Shown here piece after piece: positions 46,399 through 56,231 of a stretch of 64,000 bases of DNA. Below the pieces are notes generated by a model, which worked only from the letters and a program-made list of their open reading frames with translations, made no database searches and was not told where the DNA came from. Made by a program: the position numbers and the translations under genes. Positions within the stretch are counted from its first letter, which is position 1. Each line of letters starts with the position of its first letter. Origin of the DNA: Candidatus Woesearchaeota archaeon (GTDB lineage Archaea; Nanobdellota; Nanobdellia; Pacearchaeales; GW2011-AR1); NCBI GenBank assembly GCA_964466575.1, contig CAYXNP010000002.1, forward strand, positions 30,913-94,912, written 5' to 3'.

Positions 46399-49311
46399 CT
46401 ATAACTGCCAATTTAGATATTTATTTGGATCTTTGTCTAAATATTCTTGTTTAACTTCTTCGTCGCCAGTATATTCAATTTCCCATATTTTTATTGGGCC
46501 CTGAATTCCCTGGAAATAAACAAAATCTGGAAGATCTAATCCTTGTGACTCTAAGCCTTCAATTAAAAGACTTTGTTGTGTGTGGGCTAATTTGAAATTA
46601 GGAAATTTTTTAAGGGGGTCATTTAAGATATAAATTTGAGACATCATTCCCCTCATTAGCCTTGGAGTTATAAACATTGCAACACCAATTCTGTTAACGC
46701 TAATTCCCTGACCTTGTTGAGATAGTGATGGAAAGATATATGCTGTTGCTTCAATTCCTGAACCAAAATCGAAAAACTTTTCTTCAACAATTATATATCT
46801 TAACTTAACATTATGCTGAACTCCTTGATAAATCATTATCACATAAGGTTGTTGGAGTGTTGTATTATTTCCATCTATTGAATAAGGCAGCATAATTGCA
46901 CCAACACTAGTTTGGCCTGCTGGCAACATAATTTCTTTTCCATTTTCTTCAATAACTAAATCTTCGTCTAAACCATATCCTCCTATATAAGGACGAATTG
47001 TTGTATTTTGTGTTTCTTGAATTTGTTTTTCATCTAAAAAGTAAGTTCCAATATATGAAAGTCTATCAAAATTCTCGTCGCTGCCGATTTGTGCATAAGC
47101 GCCGTATTTACCTATGTCAGAAGAATCTATTAGTAAATGGGTTGAATTATGGTTGTATAGAAATTCTAATGCGTCATGCTGATTATCTCCTGTTAAAACC
47201 AATCTTCCCATATAATAATTCCAAAACGTGATTGCGTTTCCTCCGTCGAGAACAGTTGCTCTTTTTCCAATACTTTGGACCCAATAACCATAGTCCCACC
47301 AATGAGCGAAGACCGCGTCTTCAGGAGTTTCTTCCCTAACCCATTGCATTGCTTTTTGCCATTGTTGATTATATGATGAAGGAACAAAACTAAATGCCTC
47401 ACTGGTTATTTGCTGATAAAATCCAGGATATTTTTGCGTATTAAAAGGCATTCCATAAAAGATATAAATTGTTAGGAAAATCACAACTACCACAATTCCT
47501 AAATATATTAGTTTCAAGTTTTTGTCTTCGGCTTTTCTGTATTTTTCTACTGACTCGACAACTAAATAACCAATGAAGATTGGAGCGATTGGCGCTAAAA
47601 CCATAATTAGTCTTACTGCGCCTCTCGACGTAAATACAGTTAAAATTAATAATGAAAGCAAAACTAAATAATCATATCTAATTTTTTCAAAACTTTTATC
47701 GTCTCGTTTATAATATTCTAAATAAATTTTTATTAATATAAAAGCGAATAATAAAAATGCACAGTAATAAACCGCTTTACTAATAAAATTATCTCCGTTG
47801 AAAACGCTCGCTGAAGAATATCTTGAGAAAATTATTGATAATAAAAGAATTACATATGCTCCTGTTAAAATCCATGCGTCTTTGTTTCTTAATTTGTTTA
47901 ACATATTCCTAAATAACACGACTGAACCAATTACGAAAAGCCAAAACATGATTGGAATATTTTGAGAGCCCAATTTTAGGAATGGGCCAAAACTTCCCCG
48001 CCATTCTGTGAAAAATGGCTGCCGGTTTTCTGCAACTGTCGTGTTCCATCTTCCTATAACTGGCCTGAATATCATTTGATGAATTGCCTTGGCTTTATCA
48101 ACAACAAATGATGGGCCAATAAGAATTGAAGCAAAAACTATAACTAAAATAATTGAGATAATTATTGAAACAATGTTTTTTGGTAATTTTAAGTTAGATA
48201 AATACCTGTTGTTAGATAATTTTGTATTCCATAAAACTAAATGAACCACGAATGTAATGAAAACTAAAAATGCCAGGCCTGATGCTAACGAAGTAAGCAT
48301 TGTGATTAGATTTGTTTTATTTGAGAAATATACTGATATTGAAATAGCTAAAATTATCCATTCGCCGTAGATTATTACTTCTTTTAATTTTACTTTGTTT
48401 AATATTAATGCTGCTAAACTTGCGACTGCGATTGGAATGTAAATATAAAGGACACCGCCCCATATCAACCCCATTATTGCTGTTGTTATTCCTGCTAAAG
48501 CTCCATATATATAAGCTGTTACTAATTTTTCTGATTTCCATGCTTTTAAGAAAAAGAAATATGCTAAGAACATAAAGAAAAATGCGGCCGATTCTTTTTC
48601 GGGAATTCCTGCTACTGTCCTTGATAAAAATATTGGGACAACAATCATCAGGAAAGTTGAGATTAAGGCGATTGCATTTGCATTGATTTTGCTCTCTTTT
48701 GATTTTTCAACAAACACTTCTCGCACAAATAAGAAGAATGAAATTATTGTTAAAACAAACATTAAGACAGGAAATAATACGCCTGCAAATTCAGGATTTG
48801 TTCCGGAATAAAAGAAATTAGATAGGTGATAAGTCCAATCAATCATTAATGGAAGAAGCATTGTTTCGCCGGAATTGTCAAAACCAAGGGGAACATTTCT
48901 CATCATGTCGATTTTTGGAAATGAGCCAGTTTTTATCACAGATTCTGCTGTTCTTAAAAAAAGCCATGGATCTAAATCTGGGCCGAGTGTCCAATTTTGG
49001 GTTGTTATATCCCATAAACCAGGGGTGCCGCCAAACGCTTTTCCAGGATTTAATAAAAAACCAGAAAAAGAAACAGGCCCTTGAGTATGGTCTTGCATTG
49101 GCAATGTTCTAATATAAATTCCTAAAAGAATTGCAATAATCAAGAAAAATGCAACCCAAACTTTTGGTTGTATTAAAAAATTAATTATTTTCTTCTTTCT
49201 GATTTCTATTACTTTATCATCATGAAAAACATTCATTTCCGCGGACTTGTCTCCAATAATTTCATTTTCTCTTTTAATTAAATCATCCATGTTTTTTTGA
49301 GAGATTGGCAA
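46399..49311 (-). CDS. aglB: Oligosaccharyltransferase STT3/AglB
   Basis: DxDP, EKE, TVAE, WWDYG, DIGK; multi-TM N-half. Confidence 0.92.
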   Translation of the reverse strand: MPISQKNMDDLIKRENEIIGDKSAEMNVFHDDKVIEIRKKKIINFLIQPKVWVAFFLIIAILLGIYIRTLPMQDHTQGPVSFSGFLLNPGKAFGGTPGLWDITTQNWTLGPDLDPWLFLRTAESVIKTGSFPKIDMMRNVPLGFDNSGETMLLPLMIDWTYHLSNFFYSGTNPEFAGVLFPVLMFVLTIISFFLFVREVFVEKSKESKINANAIALISTFLMIVVPIFLSRTVAGIPEKESAAFFFMFLAYFFFLKAWKSEKLVTAYIYGALAGITTAIMGLIWGGVLYIYIPIAVASLAALILNKVKLKEVIIYGEWIILAISISVYFSNKTNLITMLTSLASGLAFLVFITFVVHLVLWNTKLSNNRYLSNLKLPKNIVSIIISIILVIVFASILIGPSFVVDKAKAIHQMIFRPVIGRWNTTVAENRQPFFTEWRGSFGPFLKLGSQNIPIMFWLFVIGSVVLFRNMLNKLRNKDAWILTGAYVILLLSIIFSRYSSASVFNGDNFISKAVYYCAFLLFAFILIKIYLEYYKRDDKSFEKIRYDYLVLLSLLILTVFTSRGAVRLIMVLAPIAPIFIGYLVVESVEKYRKAEDKNLKLIYLGIVVVVIFLTIYIFYGMPFNTQKYPGFYQQITSEAFSFVPSSYNQQWQKAMQWVREETPEDAVFAHWWDYGYWVQSIGKRATVLDGGNAITFWNYYMGRLVLTGDNQHDALEFLYNHNSTHLLIDSSDIGKYGAYAQIGSDENFDRLSYIGTYFLDEKQIQETQNTTIRPYIGGYGLDEDLVIEENGKEIMLPAGQTSVGAIMLPYSIDGNNTTLQQPYVIMIYQGVQHNVKLRYIIVEEKFFDFGSGIEATAYIFPSLSQQGQGISVNRIGVAMFITPRLMRGMMSQIYILNDPLKKFPNFKLAHTQQSLLIEGLESQGLDLPDFVYFQGIQGPIKIWEIEYTGDEEVKQEYLDKDPNKYLNWQL

Positions 49312-49398
49312 TATATAAAGATTTCTTAGTTTTTGTATATTGGATAATAAAAAACATTTTTATACTCAATTCTCCTTAATTTATTATAAAAGAGGAAA

Positions 49399-51144
49399 AT
49401 GGCGATTGAAGGAATATTTTTGCAGTTTGCAGTGATTTTGCTAGTTGCGTTTATAGTGTCTTACATAATCCGGTTGTTTAATCAGCCGATTATTGTTGGT
49501 TATATTATTGCGGGCGTGATAATAAGTCCGTTTATCCTCGATTTCGGTAATACTTCCACGGAAATAATTGATGTTTTTTCCAAGTTTGGAATTGCGTTTT
49601 TGTTGTTTATAGTTGGTTTGCATTTGAATCCAAAAGTCATTAAAGAAATTGGTTTGCCTTCATTGGTTATTGGATTAATCCAAATGGCTTTGACTTTTGG
49701 TTTGGGTTTTGTTATTGCATTGTATGTTGTCGGCTGGGATGTTGTGGCTTCGGCATATGTTGGTGCGGCGTTGATGTTCTCTTCTACAATTATTGTTATG
49801 AAATTATTGTCAGATAGGTCTGAATTGGATTCTCTTCATGGGAAAATTGCGATTGGAATTTTGATTATTCAGGATTTGGCTGCGATTGGAATTTTGATTT
49901 TTGTTTCATCTACCGGAATGATTGATGGTTCAACTTCTTGGGGAATGTTTGCGCTGCAGAGTTTGTTAATTGGCGGTGGATTGCTTTTTGCGACTTTAAT
50001 TGTTGGGTTTTTTATTTTGCCGTTTGTTTTGAAGTCGGTTGCAAAATCGCAGGAATTATTGTTTTTGTTTTCGATTACGTGGTGTTTTTTAATTGCTGCT
50101 CTTTTCAGTTTTTTTAATTTTTCTATTGAAATTGGCGCCTTACTTGCTGGAGTTGTTTTATCAATAAGCCCTTACAGCACCGAGATAAGTGCGAAGATAA
50201 GGCCGTTAAGGGATTTCTTTTTAGTGTTGTTTTTTATAATCTTGGGATTGCGAATTCAATTAGATAACATCGGGAATATTTTGGTTAATGCGGTGCTTTT
50301 CTCTTTGGTTGCTTTAATTTTTAAGCCAATAATTTTGAGTGTTTTGATGGCAATGTTTGGACATGCAAAAAGGAACAACTTCATTGTTGGAACAACGCTT
50401 GCGCAAATTTCCGAGTTTTCTCTGATATTGCTGACATTAGGTTTGAGTGTTGGACATTTGTCAAAATATGGAATAGAAAATAATGAAGTTATCTCGACTA
50501 TAACGCTAACTGCTGTGATTACAATTACTTTATCGACTTATATGATAATTTATTCAAAGAAAATTTATAATAAAATATCTTCGACATTTCTTGTGTTTGA
50601 AAAAAAATCTGCTCAAAGGAAAAACGAAAAGAAGAAAAAATATGACGCGATTTTGTTTGGTTATAATAGGATTGGTTATGGAATTTTAAGGAGTTTGAAA
50701 AAAATTAAGAAAAATTATGTTGTGGTTGATTTTAACCCAGAGACAATTGAGAACTTGTCGAAGCTGAGAATTCCTGCGCTGTATGGAGATGCTTATGATT
50801 CTGATTTGATAAATGAGCTGCCGTTGAATGATGTGAAGTTGGTTGTTTCGACGATTCCAGATTTTGAGACTAATTTGCTGCTTGTTGAAAATATTAGAAT
50901 GATAAATAAATCTGCGATTGTAATTTTGAGAGCGCATTCTGTTAAAGACGCTCTTGATTTGTATGATAAAGGCGCTTCTTATGTTTTGACTCCGCACTTT
51001 TTGGGGGGACAATATATTTCAAAAATGATTGAAAATTCAGAAGTTAGAGCTGCTGAATATAAAGAAGAGAAAGAGAGACATATTGAACATTTAAAGAGCA
51101 TGATTGAAAGAGGAATTGAACATCCAGAGGTTGAGAAAAACTAA
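49399..51144 (+). CDS. Kef-type cation:proton antiporter (CPA2) with a TrkA-N domain
   Basis: SST..., IQD, ISEF; GYNRIG...YGDA. Confidence 0.9.
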   Translation: MAIEGIFLQFAVILLVAFIVSYIIRLFNQPIIVGYIIAGVIISPFILDFGNTSTEIIDVFSKFGIAFLLFIVGLHLNPKVIKEIGLPSLVIGLIQMALTFGLGFVIALYVVGWDVVASAYVGAALMFSSTIIVMKLLSDRSELDSLHGKIAIGILIIQDLAAIGILIFVSSTGMIDGSTSWGMFALQSLLIGGGLLFATLIVGFFILPFVLKSVAKSQELLFLFSITWCFLIAALFSFFNFSIEIGALLAGVVLSISPYSTEISAKIRPLRDFFLVLFFIILGLRIQLDNIGNILVNAVLFSLVALIFKPIILSVLMAMFGHAKRNNFIVGTTLAQISEFSLILLTLGLSVGHLSKYGIENNEVISTITLTAVITITLSTYMIIYSKKIYNKISSTFLVFEKKSAQRKNEKKKKYDAILFGYNRIGYGILRSLKKIKKNYVVVDFNPETIENLSKLRIPALYGDAYDSDLINELPLNDVKLVVSTIPDFETNLLLVENIRMINKSAIVILRAHSVKDALDLYDKGASYVLTPHFLGGQYISKMIENSEVRAAEYKEEKERHIEHLKSMIERGIEHPEVEKN

Positions 51145-51145
51145 A

Positions 51146-52258
51146 ATGAAAATTAATTCAAAACTTTTATTGAAACCTGAAGATTTTAGACCTTCAGTTA
51201 AGAATTGGATTGTCAAGGGCATTCTTAATCCTGGCGCTATGAGACTGCCTGACAATAAAATTATGCTTTATGTCCGGGTTGCCGAATCTGCGGGAATCGA
51301 GCATGAACAACTGAAAAAATGCCCGATGATTACCTCGTCGAGAAAATCAAAATTTAAATATATTGATGTTGACGGAAAAAATCCGCTGAAGATAAAAGAA
51401 AATAAAATTGTGCTGGTGAAAGATGTCTGTGATGTTAAGTTGTCGCATATTTCGCATTTCCGAAGAGTAATTTTAGGTAGGAACGGATTTAATATTGAAA
51501 AAATTGAGCAAAAGCCGATTTTTAGCGGAACGCCGATTAGCAGCAACCTCGGTGTTGAAGATCCCCGCATTGTAAAAATGGAAAACAGATATTTTATGAC
51601 TTATGTCGGAGTTTCATTGAAAAATGGAATCTCGTCTTATATGGCGACTTCTAAAGATTTGAAAAATTGGGAGAAAAAATGGATGATTTTTTCTGAGCAG
51701 GACAAAGATGTTGTTTTGTTTCCAGAAAAAATAAATGACAAGTATATCGTAATGCATCGTCCTGAAACTTCGTTCAGCAATTACAAGCCGGGCATTTGGC
51801 TGTCTTATTCGCCAGATTTAATTCATTGGGGAGAAGACAAGATTTTAATGCGTCCTCGAAAAAACAGCTGGGAACAGGAACGAATAGGCGCTGGACCGCC
51901 GCCGATAAAAACAGACAAGGGATGGCTTTGCATTTATCATGGAGTGAAAATCAAGAAAAAAATTAACGAGATTAATGGAAAAGAAGAAGAGTATAGTATT
52001 TACAGCGCTGGTGCTGTTTTACTGGATTTGAAAAAACCAGAAAAAATTTTAGCTATTTCACCAAAAGACAAGCCATTGTTTGAGCCTTCGCATGAGTTTG
52101 AGAAAGTTGGGTTTATGAATAATGTAATTTTTCCGACAGGAATTGTTGAAACTTTGGATAAAAAATCAGTCCTGTTATATTGCGGCGGAGCTGATACAGT
52201 TACAGTTGTAAAGAAAATTTCTTTTAAGGATATTTTTGAAAGTATGGAGTGGAGATAA
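51146..52258 (+). CDS. GH130-like glycoside phosphorylase/hydrolase
   Basis: NPGA, GVEDPR, KDVVLFP, HRP, GAGPPP, YHG, VIFP; ATG at 51146. Confidence 0.85.
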   Translation: MKINSKLLLKPEDFRPSVKNWIVKGILNPGAMRLPDNKIMLYVRVAESAGIEHEQLKKCPMITSSRKSKFKYIDVDGKNPLKIKENKIVLVKDVCDVKLSHISHFRRVILGRNGFNIEKIEQKPIFSGTPISSNLGVEDPRIVKMENRYFMTYVGVSLKNGISSYMATSKDLKNWEKKWMIFSEQDKDVVLFPEKINDKYIVMHRPETSFSNYKPGIWLSYSPDLIHWGEDKILMRPRKNSWEQERIGAGPPPIKTDKGWLCIYHGVKIKKKINEINGKEEEYSIYSAGAVLLDLKKPEKILAISPKDKPLFEPSHEFEKVGFMNNVIFPTGIVETLDKKSVLLYCGGADTVTVVKKISFKDIFESMEWR

Positions 52259-52264
52259 AATTAG

Positions 52265-52313
52265 CTCGCTGACGCGAGGATAATTGTTCAGTGCCTGACT
52301 TCATCAAGGCACT
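52265..52313. repeat. Two adjacent intergenic hairpins
   Basis: CTCGC-TGAC-GCGAG (52265-52278) and AGTGCCT...AGGCACT (52290-52313). Confidence 0.5.
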
Positions 52314-52553
52314 TCGTAGAAAAAAAGATAATGCATAATTTCTCAAAGTTAGATGTTTGTTATAAGATTGAATTTTTATCAGTTACTAAAACTCAATGTT
52401 GAATCTGAGTTAATTTTATATTAATCCACGAGCTTACGAGTGCTAACTTTTCTAAAAAACCTTAAAAACCTTTCCTATTATTACATTATTATTCGCTAGC
52501 TTCTGAATAGCCATAATAGATAATTTTTTAAGCAGGGGTTTCTTCTGTATTTT

Positions 52554-52790
52554 ATGGAAAAGAATATACTTGATTTCACTATAATTATTGAGCAAGATGA
52601 AGATGGGGTTTATGTAGCAAAAGTTCCAGAAATTGATGGTTGTTATACCCAAGGGAAAACATTGAATGAAGTTTTAGAAAGGATTAAAGAAGCAATTGAA
52701 TTATGCCTTGAAGCAGATAACGAAGAGGTCAATCCTTTGAAATTTATAGGTATTCAAAAAATTCAGATTGAAAAAAAGCCAGTCATGTAA
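52554..52790 (+). CDS. hicB: HicB-family antitoxin
   Basis: EQDEDGVYVAKVPEIDGCYTQG.T..E...IKEAI. Confidence 0.88.
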   Translation: MEKNILDFTIIIEQDEDGVYVAKVPEIDGCYTQGKTLNEVLERIKEAIELCLEADNEEVNPLKFIGIQKIQIEKKPVM

Positions 52791-52791
52791 A

Positions 52792-53025
52792 ATGACAAAG
52801 TTAATTATTATTTCTGGAAAAAAGTTTTGCAAAATTCTTGAAATGCTGGGTTTTGAAAAAGTTCAAGGAAAGGGCAGTCATGTAAGATACAAGCATGAAG
52901 ATGGACGAAGAACTGTTATTCCAATTCACGGAAACGAAGATTTGGGAAAGGGTTTATTGAGGGAAATACTAAAACAAATAAATATAAGTAAAGAAGAATA
53001 TGAAGAATTAAGAAAAGAGGTATAA
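52792..53025 (+). CDS. hicA: HicA-family toxin
   Basis: GF...QGKGSH...TVIPIH...L..GLL..IL; ATG at 52792. Confidence 0.88.
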   Translation: MTKLIIISGKKFCKILEMLGFEKVQGKGSHVRYKHEDGRRTVIPIHGNEDLGKGLLREILKQINISKEEYEELRKEV

Positions 53026-53652
53026 ATGAAACTATTAATTGTTAAAAACAAAAAAGAAGTTGCTAAGAAAGCTTCGGAAATAATTGCTAAACAAATTAAA
53101 AAGAAACCTAATTCAGTTCTTGGTTTAGCCACAGGAAAAACAATGATTCCATTGTATAAAGAATTAGTTAAGAGCAAGGTTGATTTTTCTAAGGTTAAGA
53201 CTTTTAATTTAGATGATTATTCAAATAAGAAATATCAAAAGTATATGGATAAACATTTATTCAATAAAATAAATATTCCAAGAAAAAATATTAATTTTCC
53301 ATCATCTTCAAATGTTTCAAAATATGATTTTTTAATAAAAAAAGCAAAAGGAATTGATTTGCAGATTTTAGGAATTGGAAAAAATAGCCACATTGCATTT
53401 AATGAACCTGGCTCGTCGTTTAAGAGCAAGACGCGAAAAGTTAATATTAAAGGCAAGACTGCTTACAGCGTCGGCATTGCGACAATTATGAAATCGCGAA
53501 AGATAATTTTGTTGGCGTTTGGTAGGGAGAAGGCTAAGGCGATTTTCAATACTCTTAAAGGGAAAATTTCTGAAGATGTTCCTGCTTCTATTTTAAGAAA
53601 ACATAAAAATGTGATTGTTGTGGTTGATAAGAAGGCGGGGAGGAAGTTATAG
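53026..53652 (+). CDS. nagB: Glucosamine-6-phosphate deaminase
   Basis: GLATG.T, FNLD, LGIG.N.HIAFNEPG, PASIL..H. Confidence 0.88.
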   Translation: MKLLIVKNKKEVAKKASEIIAKQIKKKPNSVLGLATGKTMIPLYKELVKSKVDFSKVKTFNLDDYSNKKYQKYMDKHLFNKINIPRKNINFPSSSNVSKYDFLIKKAKGIDLQILGIGKNSHIAFNEPGSSFKSKTRKVNIKGKTAYSVGIATIMKSRKIILLAFGREKAKAIFNTLKGKISEDVPASILRKHKNVIVVVDKKAGRKL

Positions 53653-53657
53653 AATTA

Positions 53658-54269
53658 TTAACCAATATACATTTTATCTTTAATCAATCTTGGAAAATGC
53701 TTTTTAAGATCTCTTTGAGCAATACTTGAGAAAAATGTAAGAAATTTTATTTTAAATTTAACTTTAAAAAATTCAGAAAGGAATAACGTAAGGTCGTAAA
53801 CCATGTCTTCCGTTATTCCTTTTATTAGGAGTGCACTATAAAATCTAATTTCCTCACCATTTTTTTTCATTAAAGTTAAGCTTACATCAGTGGGATCAGG
53901 TATAATTGAAATTTCTAAATAATCAATTTCATTAAAATCTTTTTCTTTAATTATATTTCTTTTTGGAAATATATAAGAATGTATTTCTTTAAATTTCCTT
54001 CTTTGTTTATTGAATTCATAGGATACTGAAGAATTTAATCCTGGTAATGATACTACAATAAAAAATAATCCCAATATAAAAAGAATGATAGAAAAGATTT
54101 TAACAATTAACTCATTTGTATCTTGAAAAAATAGAGACATTAGCATTATTCCAATGATAACCCCAATTAAACCCCATAACTTTGATTGTGGAAAAAGATA
54201 GAGTGTATTACTTTTTTCGTCATATTTAATCTTTCTATATCTTTTCAGAAAAGAATATTTTTCTTTCAT
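53658..54269 (-). CDS. Hypothetical two-TM membrane protein
   Basis: 203 aa, two hydrophobic helices followed by a soluble domain. Confidence 0.65.
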   Translation of the reverse strand: MKEKYSFLKRYRKIKYDEKSNTLYLFPQSKLWGLIGVIIGIMLMSLFFQDTNELIVKIFSIILFILGLFFIVVSLPGLNSSVSYEFNKQRRKFKEIHSYIFPKRNIIKEKDFNEIDYLEISIIPDPTDVSLTLMKKNGEEIRFYSALLIKGITEDMVYDLTLFLSEFFKVKFKIKFLTFFSSIAQRDLKKHFPRLIKDKMYIG

Positions 54270-54350
54270 CTTTTTTTAAGTAAATTTAAATTAATAAACC
54301 TTATGTTTAAAATTAAATAAACTTTAATACCCTATTCACTTCTATCTTTC

Positions 54351-54938
54351 ATGAAATCCTTAGTAATTATCGCTCATCCTGACGATGAAACAATTTGGAT
54401 GGGTGGGACTATTTTACAAAATACGTCTGAAGATTGGACAATAATTTCTTTATGCAGAAAACACGACGAGGATAGACAGCCAAAGTTTATGAAAGTGTGT
54501 GAGGCTTTGAATGCTAAAGGAATTATTTCTGATTTAGATGATGAGGAGTTGAAGCCGATTGAAATTGTAAAAGTAATTGAAGAAATAATTTCTCTTTTAC
54601 CTTCTAAAGAATATGATGTTATTTATACTCATGGAAAAAACGGCGAGTATGGACATATAAGACATAAGGAAATTCACGACAGCGTCGCGAAAATGGTTGA
54701 AGTTGGTTATTTGAAATGCAAGATGTTGAAGTTTTTTTCTTATATCAAAGGAAATGAAATTCCGCCAGTTAATCCTGAATTGAAAGTTATGATTGCGAAT
54801 CCGAATGCAAAAGAACATATAGGGTTGAGTGAAGAAATCCTTAAAAGGAAAAAAGAGCTTGTTCGTGACATGTATGGATTTCAAGAAGGAGGGTTTGAAG
54901 TAATGAGCGCTGGAAAAATTGAAGCATTTGATTTTTGA
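54351..54938 (+). CDS. PIG-L/LmbE family deacetylase
   Basis: AHPDDE, TH...GEYGH..H. Confidence 0.88.
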   Translation: MKSLVIIAHPDDETIWMGGTILQNTSEDWTIISLCRKHDEDRQPKFMKVCEALNAKGIISDLDDEELKPIEIVKVIEEIISLLPSKEYDVIYTHGKNGEYGHIRHKEIHDSVAKMVEVGYLKCKMLKFFSYIKGNEIPPVNPELKVMIANPNAKEHIGLSEEILKRKKELVRDMYGFQEGGFEVMSAGKIEAFDF

Positions 54939-55084
54939 TTTTAAAATGTATAAAAAATTTTGTTAACGCAAAGAATTGATAAGATGATAAATAAAAATAA
55001 TCCCAAGAATATAATTGATACTGGTTTGGTTATTAATAATTTTATTAAATCTGCCGAAGGCAGTAAATTATTATGGAGTAATGA

Positions 55085-56230
55085 ATGAAAATTCTTTTAT
55101 TATATCCTTATCCTTTAGAGATGGACGGGCAGAGTTTACAAGGACATTATTTAGCAAAGGGTTTAAGAGAATTGGGTGTTGAAGTTATGGAATGCAGCAG
55201 GAATAATAATTTACAAAAATTGTGGACTTACAAATCATTTAATCCTGATGCAGTTATTGGAATTGGTTTTTGGGGGGACTCGCCTGATGTTTTGTATTCT
55301 CCTTTGAATCATGGTTTAAAGGCTGTGCCGTGGTTTAATGCCGACGGGTGGGTTGCGAATTATCATGATACATTTAACAACTTGCCTTTGATGTGCGTGA
55401 CAAGCAACTGGGTTAAACAGACTTACATTCGAGATGGATTGCATGGAAATAATATTCATGTTTGTCCGATTGGTTATGATCCAGATGTGTTTAAACCTAT
55501 TCCAATACACGACAAGAAAGTGCAGAAATTGAGAGAGCTGCTTGGAATTCAGCCAGACGAGAAAATGATTTTCACTGCCGGCGGCGACGTAACTAGCAAA
55601 GGTGCGCAGGAGATGATGCAGGCGATTGCTAAATTTCAAGATAAATTTCCAAATTGGAAATATGTTTTAAAAGTTAATGAAGGTTTTTCTGCAGAAGACC
55701 ATGGAATCGAAGAAGATAAATTAATTGAAAAACTTGGTTTTGACAGGAATCGTATTACGTATCTTAGCGGGGAATATTCTCCAGGGTTTATGGCAATGCT
55801 GCTTAATGCGTGCGATGTTTATGCTGCGCCGTCGAGACTAGAAGGTTTTGGAATGATTCAATTAGAGGCGCAGGCTTGCGGCAAACCGGTTGTTTCTATT
55901 AATGTTGGAGGACCGAAAGATGTTATTAAACATAATGAAACCGGATTTCTTGTTGATGTCAGCCATGAAATTAAATTAGATAGAGAGTGGGCTTATCCTT
56001 GGATGGGGTTTGAAGAAAAGCACCAGATTACTTTTCCTGAACCAAAAACTTTTGCGTACAGAGCAGATATTAATCAACTTGCAGAATGCACTTTAAGGCT
56101 GCTTCAAGACGATAACCTTCGAAAACAAATGGGCGAAGCTGCTGCAAGACATGCTTTTGAAAATTTTCATTACAAAGTTTCTGCGAAGATAATGCTGGAT
56201 TTGTTGAAAGAGAATTTAATTAATACTTAA
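55085..56230 (+). CDS. GT4 glycosyltransferase
   Basis: SKG, PSRLEGFGM..LEA.ACGKP. Confidence 0.9.
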   Translation: MKILLLYPYPLEMDGQSLQGHYLAKGLRELGVEVMECSRNNNLQKLWTYKSFNPDAVIGIGFWGDSPDVLYSPLNHGLKAVPWFNADGWVANYHDTFNNLPLMCVTSNWVKQTYIRDGLHGNNIHVCPIGYDPDVFKPIPIHDKKVQKLRELLGIQPDEKMIFTAGGDVTSKGAQEMMQAIAKFQDKFPNWKYVLKVNEGFSAEDHGIEEDKLIEKLGFDRNRITYLSGEYSPGFMAMLLNACDVYAAPSRLEGFGMIQLEAQACGKPVVSINVGGPKDVIKHNETGFLVDVSHEIKLDREWAYPWMGFEEKHQITFPEPKTFAYRADINQLAECTLRLLQDDNLRKQMGEAAARHAFENFHYKVSAKIMLDLLKENLINT

Positions 56231-56231
56231 A

